Positions 11,750 through 23,759 of a DNA stretch of 64,000 nt are shown here, in pieces; the stretch's first letter is position 1; each line of letters starts with the position of its first letter. The stretch is from Minutocellus sp. GHC0000111. Its lineage: Eukaryota. The stretch is taken from the NCBI GenBank assembly GCA_977018835.1, contig OZ361259.1:2356001-2420000 (forward strand), read 5' to 3'. The position numbers and the translations under genes were made by a program. The notes below the pieces were generated by a model. It did no database searches. It was not told where the DNA came from and saw only the letters and a list, made by a program, of their open reading frames with translations.

Positions 11750-13716
11750 ATGCGCTTCGCGTCGGTGGCACTCTCGGCAATCTGCCTGCTCGATGCGGCG
11801 GCCTCCTTGGCCTTTCAGCATCATCAGGCACAAACACAAGCGTATGCTACATCGCTATCATCGCCGACTGCCCTCGCGGCATCTTCTTTGCAGGGTGAGC
11901 CGGCCGTATCGTCGTCGTCGTCCGATGCTCCCACCACCGACACGGACATGAAGGCTTATCGGACATGAAGGCTTATTCCTCGGCCTACAAGACGGTCTTC
12001 GAGGAGCTGCCCTGTGCCGTCTGCAAGGGATCCGGCGAGGGCGGGACCGGTCCCATCCCCTCCGATCTGGTCGGGACGTACTTTCGTGCTGGTCCGGCCA
12101 TGTTTTCGGCTGGATCCATCCTCCCCCCCAAGACGTCGCTCATCCAGCCCAAAACGCAGCCCATGCCCGATGGGCAGGACATGGACCGGATGGTCCTCCA
12201 CCCCTTCGAGGGGGATGGTGCCGTCCTCGGCGTTACGTTCAGTGGTGACGGTACGGCCGTCGCGCGGTTCCGCTACGTTCGGACGAATGCCTTCACCAAC
12301 GAAAGGAAGAAGGGACGGAAGGTCTACACGGCCATGGAATCGACCCGTGAGGAGGGCGGGCCCAGCGGTGGGGGACAGGGCAACGACTTTCCCGTCCCCA
12401 TGTACCGGCACCACCTGCTGCCGGGCCTCAACAAGAAGCGGAAGAACACCTCCAATACACGCGCGGTGTACTGGTCCAAGAAGCTCCTTACTCTCTGGGA
12501 GGGGGGATTGCCATACAAGTTGGATTCGCTGGCGTTGTCGACCGAGGGACGATCGCAGTTGGGTGGTGTGCTAAAGGAGAAGGATCCCTTTGGTGGAGCC
12601 GCTGTTTTGGATGCTGCCAAGGATCGGATGCTGTTCTATTCCAACGTGCAGGAAGCATCGTCGTCCAAGCTTACCGTGTACGAATTCAATTCCAAATTTC
12701 GGCTGGTTCCAGAGAATGGTGGCAAGGTCGAGGTCGATTTGCCCGGCTTTGCACTCCTTTCTGACTTTGCTGTCACGGAAAACTACTCCGTTTTCGTCCA
12801 GCCTCCGGTATCGACCAACGGAATGCAATTCCTCGTGTCCAAGGATCCTGCCAAGTCCCTTTCGGTGGAGCAAGGTGGACAGGCACTACTTCATTTGATT
12901 CCCAGAGTTGGATCCAAATCCAAGGCGCAAGAGACCGTAGCTATTCCATTTGATGGTGCATCAGACGCTGATTTGCAATTTTGCAATGCCTATGAGGCCG
13001 ATGGAGATACAATCGTTATGGACGTCATTCGCTCTGATGGCCGAACCGCAGCTGGAAAGCCTTTGTCTTGGCCTTGGGCCACATCGATCGATGAGTACTC
13101 TAGCACAGCATCGAAGAAGTCTCTGTGGAGATATACCATTCAAATCGGTAGTGGAAAGATTACCAAGGAATGCATCGACAATCTTCAGGCTTCGTTTGGT
13201 GTCATAAACCCAGCAGTGAGTGGACAAAAGCATCAATATATCTACGCGGCCGTTGGCGGTAAGGGCAGCGACGTTGCTCCTCCTCAGGGCATTGCAAAAT
13301 TCAATGTTGATGACGGGACGAAGGATGTGTGGATGCCACAGGGTTATGAATTCTGCGGTGAGCCCATGTATGCTCCCAAAAAGTCTGCCGATGGTGAAGA
13401 TGCAGGGTATGTCCTGTCGGTACTTTTCAATGGCCAGACCAATGAAAGCGAAATGGCCATCCTTGATGCACAGAACATTGCAGGTGGGCCCGTGTCCAGA
13501 GTACCGCTGGGCATGATCGTTCCGCATGGATATCACGGCTGCTTCAGTGCTACAGAGGAAACCGGGTGGACAGCAGAAGAAATCGATCGAAGAGCGAAAC
13601 TCGCAGACAAGATGGAGTCTCGTGGCAACATGTGGAACGAAGTCAAGTCAGATTTCAGTGGACTTGGCTTGCGATTGGACGATATTGAGGAGTACTTTGG
13701 AGACTTCTTTGACTAA
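11750..13716 (+). pseudogene. Carotenoid cleavage oxygenase (RPE65/CCD family)-like, plastid leader frameshifted; intact core ORF 11965-13716
   Basis: GPIPSDLVGTYFRAGP, HPFEGDG, RYVRT, SNT, WEGGLPY, EPMYAP, GYHG. A 17-nt duplication CGGACATGAAGGCTTAT (11943-11976) uncouples the signal/transit peptide MRFASVALSAICLLDAAASLAF. Confidence 0.8.
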
Positions 13717-13791
13717 ACGTTTGATGCTTCACTCGAATGTTATGCACATAAATCTAGGCACTAGCTAGCTCTATATTATATCTACTAAATA

Positions 13792-15153
13792 CTATGACAC
13801 AAGCGACCTTCTTGGAGAAGTCAGGGACACAAACAAGGCGAGAAATTGCGGAAACGTCAACTTGTTTGAACCGGAAGATACAAGGCGAAAGAAGGCTTCA
13901 TCAATTTCACTTTGAGGCGGAGCTCTTGTCGAAGTTTCAATGGCGAGATAAGCAATCCCTTTCCGAACTTCGGAGAGTGATAGCGCCTCGTCCTTCTTAT
14001 CATAGGCATCGAAAGTGTAGAATAGCTTTTTGCATTTATCTACAACCTCCTTTGGTGCCCTCATACCTTGCAATTCTTTTGCTGTTGCCGGATCAAAAGG
14101 CTCAAGATATTTCGCACATGCGTACTCGATCTGGTCGTTTGATGACAGCCACGTAAAGAAGAAGGTCTGCAGATCATAAATGGCATGCGCAATCATACAG
14201 ACGACGATATCACCACCTGATACAAGATAAAGTAAACCAAACCAAAAACCATTGATCGCCTGCAGCGAGATTACAATGCCATTTTCAGAACTCGAGCCAC
14301 CAGCACCATGTCCGAGTCCAAATAGGACGGCCTGTCCTAAAAGGGCAGATACGACGTCTCCACCTGTGTAGTGGAATATTAGACCTGCAACGATCCTTCG
14401 GAATACCAACTCCTCGCATCATCCAGTGAGGGCAGAAATTCCCAAGGCTTTCAAGAAAACCTCTACAGTACTTGTGACTGGCATTGGCTGTCCTCTCAGT
14501 CTGGGTGGGAGGAACTCATCATCAGGCTTCATACGTCGCCCAAATAAGGTCATGACCATGAAGATAGTACTGAAGTTTACAGTCGCAAACTCTCGCTTGT
14601 CAGATCGTTCAATGGAGCTGCCCAGGGCAATGAGTGGCAGGGCGCCGAGGAATCCTTCCCCAAGCCTCATCGGTGTGATTGGCGCAACAAAATCGAATAG
14701 ATTGACACCTCCCTGGTGTTGGCTGAGTCCCCAGTCCAATATAGAGGGTAACTGTTGGATCCAACCCAACCCATCAGTAAAGGTGAGAATCCCTGCACTT
14801 GCCACAGAAGCCAAGCCAAGGATGAAGACTTGATTGGTGATAATCGCCCGAAGTAGGGCGGTGTTTACACCACTCTTTGGTGCTGGCGCTTGCGCTTGGA
14901 TCTCGAGGGCCTCCCTGGTCGAATACCCGGGAGGAGTCAGTGATTGGACCTTAATTCCAGCGGACGTATCGGCGTCACCATCGTCCAGCTCACGATAGTA
15001 CAGTGGAGGGAGTCTACTTGTTGTTCTTTGGTGAGCAAAGTTCGCATTAGCATGTAATGGGATGGCTATGGGGACGGGGCCGAAGCAAGTAACATCCGAC
15101 ATGATGAGGAGGTGGCAAATGGCCCAGCAGATATCCCTTGCCCTGATCATCAT
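13792..15153 (-). pseudogene. CPBP/Abi (type II CAAX protease-like) membrane protein with C-terminal EF-hand-like region; in-frame TGA
   Basis: Reads ALTG*CEELVFRR (TGA at 14419-14421), then FGLGH and CMIAHAIYD. The two ORFs are in the same frame. Confidence 0.75.
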
Positions 15154-15374
15154 GTTTGCATTCGAGTTGAGATGAGTTGAGTCGAGTCAGGTGAAGTTGT
15201 GGTTGTCTCTACTGCAGCTCTCTACTGCGCATCATGAAATCATGCGAGTGAGTTGAGAAATGGATCTTGCTGCTTGCCTGTGGCTGACTCCGGGTTGCTT
15301 TTCGAAGCTCTGCCTGCCTGCATCTGCGCCTGCTTCCCGCCCCTGCCACATCATCAAACTGCAAAACAGCAACC

Positions 15375-17459
15375 ATGAAGAAGAAGGCCGGTGCCGGCGG
15401 CAGTAGCCTTTGGGCCGCCGTTGCTGTCGGTGTTCTTCTTTCGGACGCAGATCCCGTGTGTGCCTTTCATGGTCCATCGCTAGGACATCATCATCTGAGC
15501 TGCGCTTATGGCAAAAGCAGCACAAGGTTAAAAGCTAGAGAATGCTGCCGCCCACTCGGATGCCCTCCAGCAAGAGCACTTCCTATTGCGTCGAGAACAA
15601 CGCTGTTCTCTCGCGAGACGAGGACGATAGATGATGAGACGATAGAGGGAACCAGTACGAATAAAACAGCAAAAGAATCGTCGCCATCATCACAGTTGGC
15701 GGCCGTCGGTACTTCTGGCAGCATGAGTGGTCCCCCCAAAGCTGCTGGTGGTTACAGCCTGATCCTCTTCCTTTGCTTCTTTGTGACCGTACTCTCGGCG
15801 TTGGACCGAGTGGCGATGAGTGTGGCGCTTGTACCGATGAGCGCGGAATTTGGATTGACCGATTCCATCAAGGGACAGATCAGTTCGGTATTTAGCGTGG
15901 GCTATGGACTTTTCATTCTGCCGTGTGGCCTGTTGGTGGCCGCCGCAAGTCCTCGATTGATCATGGCATTGGGTGTGGGAATCTGGAGCTTGGCGACCAT
16001 AGGGACGCCCATTGCGGTAGGGCTCATTCTCGTGTCTGAAGGCACGGCTGCCACCACAGCGGCATTGGTGGAGAATGTGGGCCCATTGCTCGCAGTAAGA
16101 GTTGTTATGGGTGGCGCAGAATCTGTTGTTTTGCCAGCAGTGCAAAGAATTTTGGCAAACTGGGTACCTCCTGACAAGAAAAGCTTGGCGGTGGCGAGTG
16201 TACTATCTGGGTTCCAGCTCGGCACTGTCTGCGCTTATTTGCTCAGTCCACTTGTGATTGAACGGTTCGATGGTTGGAGGGGGATGTTCTACCTCTATGG
16301 ATCGGTTGGGATTTTGTGGCTCATCCCGTGGCTGTTATTTGTGAGTATTTACTATCAATGCTATGTGTCAAATGATATGTATGTTCATGTATGCTTTTGG
16401 GGGGTTTTGTACAGCATTCGCATTGGCTTTTCAATTGTAGTTACTCAACTTCTTGCTTTCATGTGATTTGACTACAATGCTTTTTGATTTATAGGCAAGA
16501 GACCTGCCGTCGGTGGATGTCGTGGATATAGAGCACACTTCAGAGGACGAAGAAGAGGTCGTGCTAATGAATACTTTGCAAGACGATGACATATCCCTCG
16601 TTCCACAACATATCATCACTCGGAATGTTATCAAAGAGACGTCGAGCAACGCCGAGGAATCAAATATTCCAACTAAAAAGGAAATGATTGTAGAGCCAGA
16701 GCTTCCCTCTTCTTCTGCATACGAGGAAGCTATGATTGGGCCATGGTGAGGTGATTTGCTTGGAGAGAGACCATCGTTTCATTTCGATTCAATTTCTATT
16801 TCACATCATACACAACTAACTAATGACATTTCCAACCCATCAAAATTCAGGCCATCGCCCATGCAGCAAATAATTGGGGGCTATACATAAATTTATCATG
16901 GACCCCAACATTCTATTCGGAACAATATGGCCTTAGCATTAAGGATTCGGCGCTCTTGTCGGTACTCCCCAGCGTTGCCGGTGCAGTGGGTGGACTCTTC
17001 GCTGGAAGTTCTGCCGACTTTATCATAGAGAAAGTCGGTGGTGGTATCGATGAACGGACGGTGGTGAGGAAAGCGTTTCAGGCTGTTGCTTTGCTGGGCC
17101 CGGCGCTTTGCCTCTTTGCGCTAGCAAATGAAATGCCATCGGCCCCTTTCGCAGCTCAGCTTCTTCTCACTGGAGCTATTGGTATGCAAGCCTTCAATTG
17201 CGCAGGATATGGGGCTGCAACACAAGAAAAGGCAGCAAAGTGGTCAGGGCTCTTGTACAGTGTCACAAGTTTGCCTGGAGTAGTATTCGGTTCCATCGGA
17301 GTTGCTCTGACAGGTGACATCCTGGATAATACTGGACAAGATTGGTCGACTGTGTTTCGACTCGTTGCACTGGTTGATACAATCGGCGCATTAGCCTTCA
17401 TAAGTCTGTACAAATGGAACAGATGCAAGATCAATAATGTAGATCTAGATCTGCGTTAG
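15375..17459 (+). pseudogene. MFS anion:cation symporter (SLC17/PHT4-like), probably disrupted; introns 16341-16494 and 16746-16850
   Basis: LDRVAMSVAL, SVFSVGY, VRVVMGGAE, AHAANNWGLY...WTPTFY. Exon 2 frame does not join WAM|AIAH, implying a frameshifting deletion near 16735. The C-terminus is atypical. Confidence 0.7.
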
Positions 17460-17795
17460 ATCTACTTTTACATTTGCATGTACAGTAGCAGACACGCGGC
17501 AGAGAGGGGGCAGCAAGAGGCGCTTCTTTTGTGGCTGACTGCTTGTTGCTTGCTTCTGAGTGCAATTAATCCGTCGGGAACGAGTTTCTGATGCCCTGTT
17601 GTGATTTTGGGAACTCCGCGCCGTTCCGGCCACAAAATCGAAAGCGGCCCTGCCTGTGCAGCTCTTTCGATCTTGCGCTGGCGTGGGGGGGGGGATGGAA
17701 CAGCGGAAACTGCCCGAGAGTGCAGCCGTGCAGTTTTGTATCATCGCGCCGTCTATTGCTGACTGCTCTCGTATCGTATCATCTGCTACGCCACG

Positions 17796-19642
17796 ATGGC
17801 AGCGGCCGCGGCAGATTCGTCGTTCTTGGAGGACATTGTCCTTGATGAGGCCGACGATCTCGACGATCACGACGTTCTCTTCCAGGCGGGTGATATCTCT
17901 GAATTCGCCGAAGACGTGGCGCCTGCTGCCTCCACAGCCGCTGATGCAGCTGCTGCGTCAGCAGCAGCTCCAGACGACGAACATGCTCCTGCTAAAGAAC
18001 CCGACACTACAGACGGCCCTGTCTTTACCTATCAAGATGAGGAGAGGGAGATCGCATCGCTCACCATGCATGAAATGGTGCGCATAAATGCCGACCTGCT
18101 GGGCGTGACTCCCCACGGCTCCTGCCGCGGAGCCGCTTCCGAAGACGGGAACGGAACTCCCACGACGCGTCCCCACCGCTCCGGCTCGTTTGCCAGCCAG
18201 TCGACGGTTTCGACCACGCATGATCCCGAATCCACGCTCGGCCGTCTCGAGCTTACACTGAAGATGGTGCCCGCGGACCGGGTTAGCGCATATCGACGAG
18301 CGGAGGTGGATTGTCCAGATCAGGTGACGGATGAGCGAAAGATGGCCTCCATCCGCCGAGAGGATGGTAATGTCGCCTTGGCGGCTGCTCGATTGGCTCG
18401 ATACTGGCAATTTCGGCTGGACGCATTCGGAGAAGATCGTTGCTTCCAGCCATTGACTTTGGCGGGTGCTATGATAGATGAGGTGGTGCCGATGATGAAT
18501 CACAGGATCTTCAATGTGCTCCCTGTAACAGATACAGCGGGGGGGGCAATCGTCTTTGTCGACATGACGAAGCGTGATTATGCCATATACAGCGAAAAGC
18601 AGGAAATTCGAGTGTATCTATATATTTTGGAAACCATTGTGCAGGACCGCCGCCTCTGCCGCCGTGGGATTACCTTCCTCTCTACGGGTAAGCATTCGGA
18701 GAAGAAGCACTTTAGCCGGAAATTCGCCCAACTTCGACGCGAGGCAGAGAATTGCTCGCCCATCCATGTTAGGGCGGTGCACTTGTGTCACCCCAGCACA
18801 ATGATGAACTATGTGATATATCCGATCATGAAATATTTTATGCCGCCAGACTTTCGGCTGCGATTCCGGTTGCACAATGGATCCGAGAAGGAAGTTTTGA
18901 GAGCGTTGGAAGGGTATTGTCTACCTAGGGATAGGGTCCCAACGGAACTTGGTGGAGATGTCCTTCTCGACATGAACCAATGGGTGCTGGACCGAATGAC
19001 CATTGAAAGTGCTAGAATGTCGACGCCGGTCCTTCCGGCTGCAACAGTTGCTGTGCCCGCTGCCGGGGTGGCGGGTTCTTCCGCTGCGAAAACAAATGAT
19101 AAAAAGCGACGTCGAAAGAATGACGGGGAAAAGGAAGGAAGCAGATCAAAGTCATCGGCAAAATCTGCAGCCGCAAGTACCAAGGCAAAGAAAACAATAG
19201 AAAAGAAGCAAAGCAATGGCAGAGCAGCCCCAAGCCGGCGAAAGAAGCAGAAAAAGGGGACACCGGGACGACCGTCGGATCCTAGGATGCTCAAGGCAGT
19301 CCAGGCCAAGATGGCAGATCCCTCCCTCCCTCTTGAATTTGTCTTGGAGGAGGCGGGATTTACGTTCCACGAAAACCCAGAGTCTGGGGTCATTGTTGAT
19401 CAAGATGGCATTGCTTGCAAACAGCGAAAGAACCAGCGTAAGTTACATGTATTATGTTTCTCCTTGATCAATGGACGACTTCTTTTGCTATTGTCCATTT
19501 TTTGCCTGGATTGCAAGATGGTCATCAACTCAGTATTGTTGCATGCAAACCTGATGCGCCTTCCTCTTTCATATTTTTTATCACAGTGTGCCGCCGCATT
19601 CGTCAGGAGAAGGAGAAGCTAGCCAGGGCGGCCGAAAAATGA
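17796..19642 (+). CDS. CRAL-TRIO (Sec14-like) lipid-binding domain protein with basic C-terminal domain; intron 19438-19586
   Basis: AAARLARYWQFRLDAFG, PIHVRAVHLCHP, VPTELGGDV. Spliced end QRKNQLCRRIRQEKEK...stop 19642. Confidence 0.75.
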
Positions 19643-19681
19643 GTACCGGTGATATTGAAAAAGTCGGAAAGGCATAAAATT

Positions 19682-19905
19682 CGCTACCACCTCCACCAAA
19701 TAAGAATGAGCCGAACCCACCCCCGCCCCGCAGTCTTCCGACGACGCGGCAGCACCTGCAGCGGCCCCGTCACCGATCAGCAAGAGCCCGACCGGCGCGT
19801 ACGTGAATCCGGCCATGCGCAAGATGCTGGAGAAGCAGGAAGCCGCCAAGAAGCAATGGGGCGGGGGTGGGTTCGGCTCATTCTTATTTGGTGGAGGTGG
19901 CAGCG
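19682..19905. repeat. 48-bp inverted repeat (19682-19729 / 19858-19905)
   Basis: CGCTACCACCTCCACCAAATAAGAATGAGCCGAACCCACCCCCGCCCC is the reverse complement of 19858-19905 with one mismatch. Confidence 0.92.
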
Positions 19906-21989
19906 GGTCGAGACGATCGTCCAAGAACGACCAAGAGGGCGCGGCTGATATTGACCATGGTGACGATATTACAACTGCCGAAGACCCACCAAAGAAGCAG
20001 CAAAATGCATCTTCACCGGCTGATATTGGCCAAAGCAGCAGCAAGGAGGATGGTGACGAAGGTGACACCACCTACGAGCACGGTCTCAGGCCCGGGGATC
20101 ACGTCTACCGCTGGTCGCACTTTGGCTTTACGTACCCCATTCAGATCCATGGCATCGTCCTCGATACCTCCCCTGACGCTTCCGAAGAGGAGGAGGAGGA
20201 GAAGGGCGAGGAAAAGGGCGATGAAAAGAATACAAATGATGCCAAGGGGGACAATGCCAATGCGGATACCAGTGGGGATGGCAAGGAGGAGGGGGAGGAG
20301 GCAGCCTCGCTTCCGCTGCCGGCACCAAAGTGCAAAAAGATTGTGTGGGTGAAAATCGCGGACTTTGGCTTCACCCGCAAGGGTGATGACGACAACGACG
20401 ATGGCGGTGGGAATGAGAGAGGAGATGATGCCGATGCAGATAGCAATGGTGGGCCTACTCAGGAGCAAACCAAGCGACATCGTCATCAAGAGCATGCCGA
20501 CGGCATCGCCACGGCGCCGGCGAGTTTGCATTCCAGCTCCAATGATTTGGGGGGTCAAAATGAAGCCGACACAGATGTTCAGGCAGGAGCAGATGCCGAT
20601 GCCAATGCCGCCGATGTAAATACCGACGAAACACAAACCAAAGATTCGGACGATACCGACGGAGGTGCCACTTCTGCATCTACCACATGCGCCAACGGGG
20701 AGGAACCAACTGACAACAAATCGACCGAGAAGCCCCCCAGACCGAAATCGTTGAAAAAGTCCGAGGAATCCTTTCTGGCGCAGCATCTCAAAAAGGGCAA
20801 GAGGCTGAACGTCATCACCCTGACGGATCCCAAGGATATCAAAAAGTGGCGCAAGGTCAACTACGGTGGGAAGGGATTGTTTGGTGGTGGCGATGACGAA
20901 AATATTGATAACAAAAGCGACGAGGGCAAAGGAAAAGAAGTTGCCGTGGATGACGAGAACAGCGATAAAAACACCGCTACCAAGAAGGAGGCCGGTGGTA
21001 ACCGCTTCACTTCATGGCTGCGGTCCAACCCATCGAGCCGATGTACCTCTCCGACGACTACTGAGGCCGAAGCTCAAACCGGCAATGATGCCACTGCCAG
21101 TGAATCCACCAGCGTCCAAGCAACCCCGTCGACGGATTTTGGTGATTTGGATGCCAAGGAAACATCTGAACAAGAAGATCAAGCAGCCCCCTCATCATTT
21201 GAATCGAACAACAAGGCTACACAAGGAAGTGAACAAACTTCTCCTGAAGAAATCAGTGAGCAGTCGTCAACATCGGCTACCCCCACGAACGAGACGAATC
21301 CTGACGAGACCGAGCCCAAAACTCTAGAGGAAATGGTTGCCGCCGCAAATGCCGTCGATCTTAAAGCACGGCAATCACCGAGGCGAAAGGCACCCGAAGA
21401 CGCAACGGAGGCCAAGTCATCTGGTAAAGAAGACGAGGCAGACAAGAAGGTGCGCAAGTCGTCATCGCTGGCAAATATTTGGCCCTTCAAGAAGACAGGC
21501 GATGCCAAGGATACGTCTGAAGAAAGTGGCGACGGCGACAAGAACAACAAGCAGTCAGATCCCTCGACAGCGTCCAAATCTGACCCGGCCAAGATTGTGC
21601 TGGCCCGTGTGCGCTTTTTACTCGAGAACGAGGACGATGTGCTGCCTGCCTATCATGTCTTCAATTCAAACTCAGAGTGCATAGCCGTTTGGTGCAAGAC
21701 AGGTCGATGGTCGAGTTTGCAGTCTGACGTATTTTGGCACACAACCGCAATCGGCAACGCCAAGAGTACCACACTCATGGGATTATCTCTGGCGGCGACC
21801 CAGCCATGGTTGATACCGGCGCTGCCCGTTGCAGCCGTTGCGGCGATAGGTTCGCCGTACCTCGTGCTGCGCCAAATCAAGAAGAAATGTGAGGAGGCTA
21901 CTAGGCAGCTCACCGACGGCTTTTGGGCCCAAGCTGATCCTGAAGTTTATGTAGAAGCTATCGAGACTTGGAGCGGAATACCAGCGTGA
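19730..21989 (+). CDS. LRAT/NlpC-P60-like (H-box...NC) protein with long acidic insert; 5' end apparently replaced, first in-frame ATG 19815
   Basis: LRPGDHVYRWSH..IHGIV and YHVFNSNSECIAVWCKTGRW, plus a C-terminal hydrophobic segment. NCE motif reads NSE. Confidence 0.65.
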
Positions 21990-22270
21990 AATTGATTTCA
22001 TGTGCGGTAATAGGAATGCCTAAGATAATGCCGGAGATGGAAACTCAACTTGATAACTTGATGATGATACATTTCCTAAAAATTATAAGTAGTGGGATTA
22101 TCTTCACTATTAAGTCTCGACAGAGCAAGCACGAAAGTACAACACTCGAATCGGCCGTCTTATCTTTCAAGTGCTGATAAATTGTCTGGCCGACACATAT
22201 TGTTTACTGCCCCCTTTTGGACCATGACATGCCAATTGGTATTTGACTCTTCGGTGAAGAGCTTGGTACA

Positions 22271-23551
22271 TCAGAAGCCACTGGGTTCTGCGCTCGCGCT
22301 CGGAGAGGGTTGGTCTGTCGGAAACTCGGTAGGCGACGAGGTCGGCGACTCCGTAGGTGATGAGGTTGGCGACCCCGTAGGCGATGAGGTCAACGAATTA
22401 CTATTAAAAGATTTGTTGAGAAAGAGGGACCAAAGTTCGTCAGTGTTTCTTTTTTTTTTTGAAAGATAAATGTAAAAGGAATGGCACTCCTAACTCTAGA
22501 ACCATGTGCATGTGCATCAAAGGTTTTACCTCGGAATACCGCTGGGCATCACAGATGGTTCGCTACTGGGCATGAAGGGGACTGATGGCATAGATAAAAC
22601 GGTGGGCCCTGCCGATACGCTTGGGGGTACACTGGGCAAAGGGCTGGGTACAGGTGTGGGGCTTGGACTTTCCGATGGATCTAGGATAGGATACCAGAGT
22701 GCGTCAGGGCTTGTCTGAGAAACACCATTGGCAAATATCTGCCACAGAGCATTCTGATCTCCAGGACCGTCTCGGAACTTGACGATAACATCATCGGGCT
22801 TGTACTTTTGTGCATCGGGCACAATCTTGAGACGGGCAAGGTGGTCGGTACTACCAGCGCTGGGACCGATGACGTAGTATACATAGTGTTCGAAGACAAT
22901 GCGCATATATGCCACGTTGGGATACCGCTCGCCGATGCAGAGACTTGTAGCGCCTACTACGAACCATCTGTGAACCGGGTAGGCCGGGTCGTCCTCACGC
23001 CAAAGCATCAGGTACGTGTCATCATTATAGTGTCGGATTCCAAATCGCCACCCATTTTTGCAGATTGCCTGTCCAACACTGAGGCATTTCTCCTTGCCGT
23101 AGTAGTCGACATCCATAGATCCACCATATGGACAGGTGGTGGAAGTTGGCCATTTAGCACCTCCACCCCGGTTGAGTTTTGGTCTGGATAACGGCTTGTC
23201 AGGATAAATCGATACGGTCGGCTTATCTGGGACAGAGGCGCTTGCTTGCTCACCAAAGGGGTCCTTGAAGAGATGTGCCTTCCAGTCAGTAATCTGCTCT
23301 TGACCTGTTGCCTTGACGATGGCTTCCGGAAACGACCACACAGAGCCACCAGCATTATCAATGGCATTATTCTGCTCGATGGAAACGACACCATCGCCGG
23401 TGTTATCACTGCCGACGAGATCCTCGCCGTTGCTGGCATCGACATCGATAGCCCAGGCGCCATGATGGCTACTAGAAGTTGGGGCGAGCGCCAGACTCAC
23501 AGCGGCGAGAAGCCACGAGGAGGTAGCAGCAGCAGCTTTGCATCGGACCAT
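22271..23551 (-). CDS. Secreted protein with Cys-containing globular domain and PS/TS-rich tail; intron 22401-22529 (family member 1)
   Basis: Signal peptide MVRCKAAAATSSWLLAAVSLALA, CLSVGQAICKNGWRFGI...GATSLCIGE...NALWQIFANG, PSxxPS repeats. Possible terminal frameshift near 22273. Confidence 0.65.
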
Positions 23552-23759
23552 GATGGCAGAAAATAATGCACGGGGGAACCGCCGATCCAGGACCACGGGT
23601 GGCGGTTGGATATTCACGTGGCATTGTTCAAAAAAGGTGACAGAAAAAAGTTTGAGAGGAGCGAAACGTCAACGTCAACTTGGGAGCAACTTGCGCGTAA
23701 AAAGCGCGCGACTGAGTGCCAGTGGCGAAACGCAAGGCCCAAACTCCGGGTAGCTTTTT

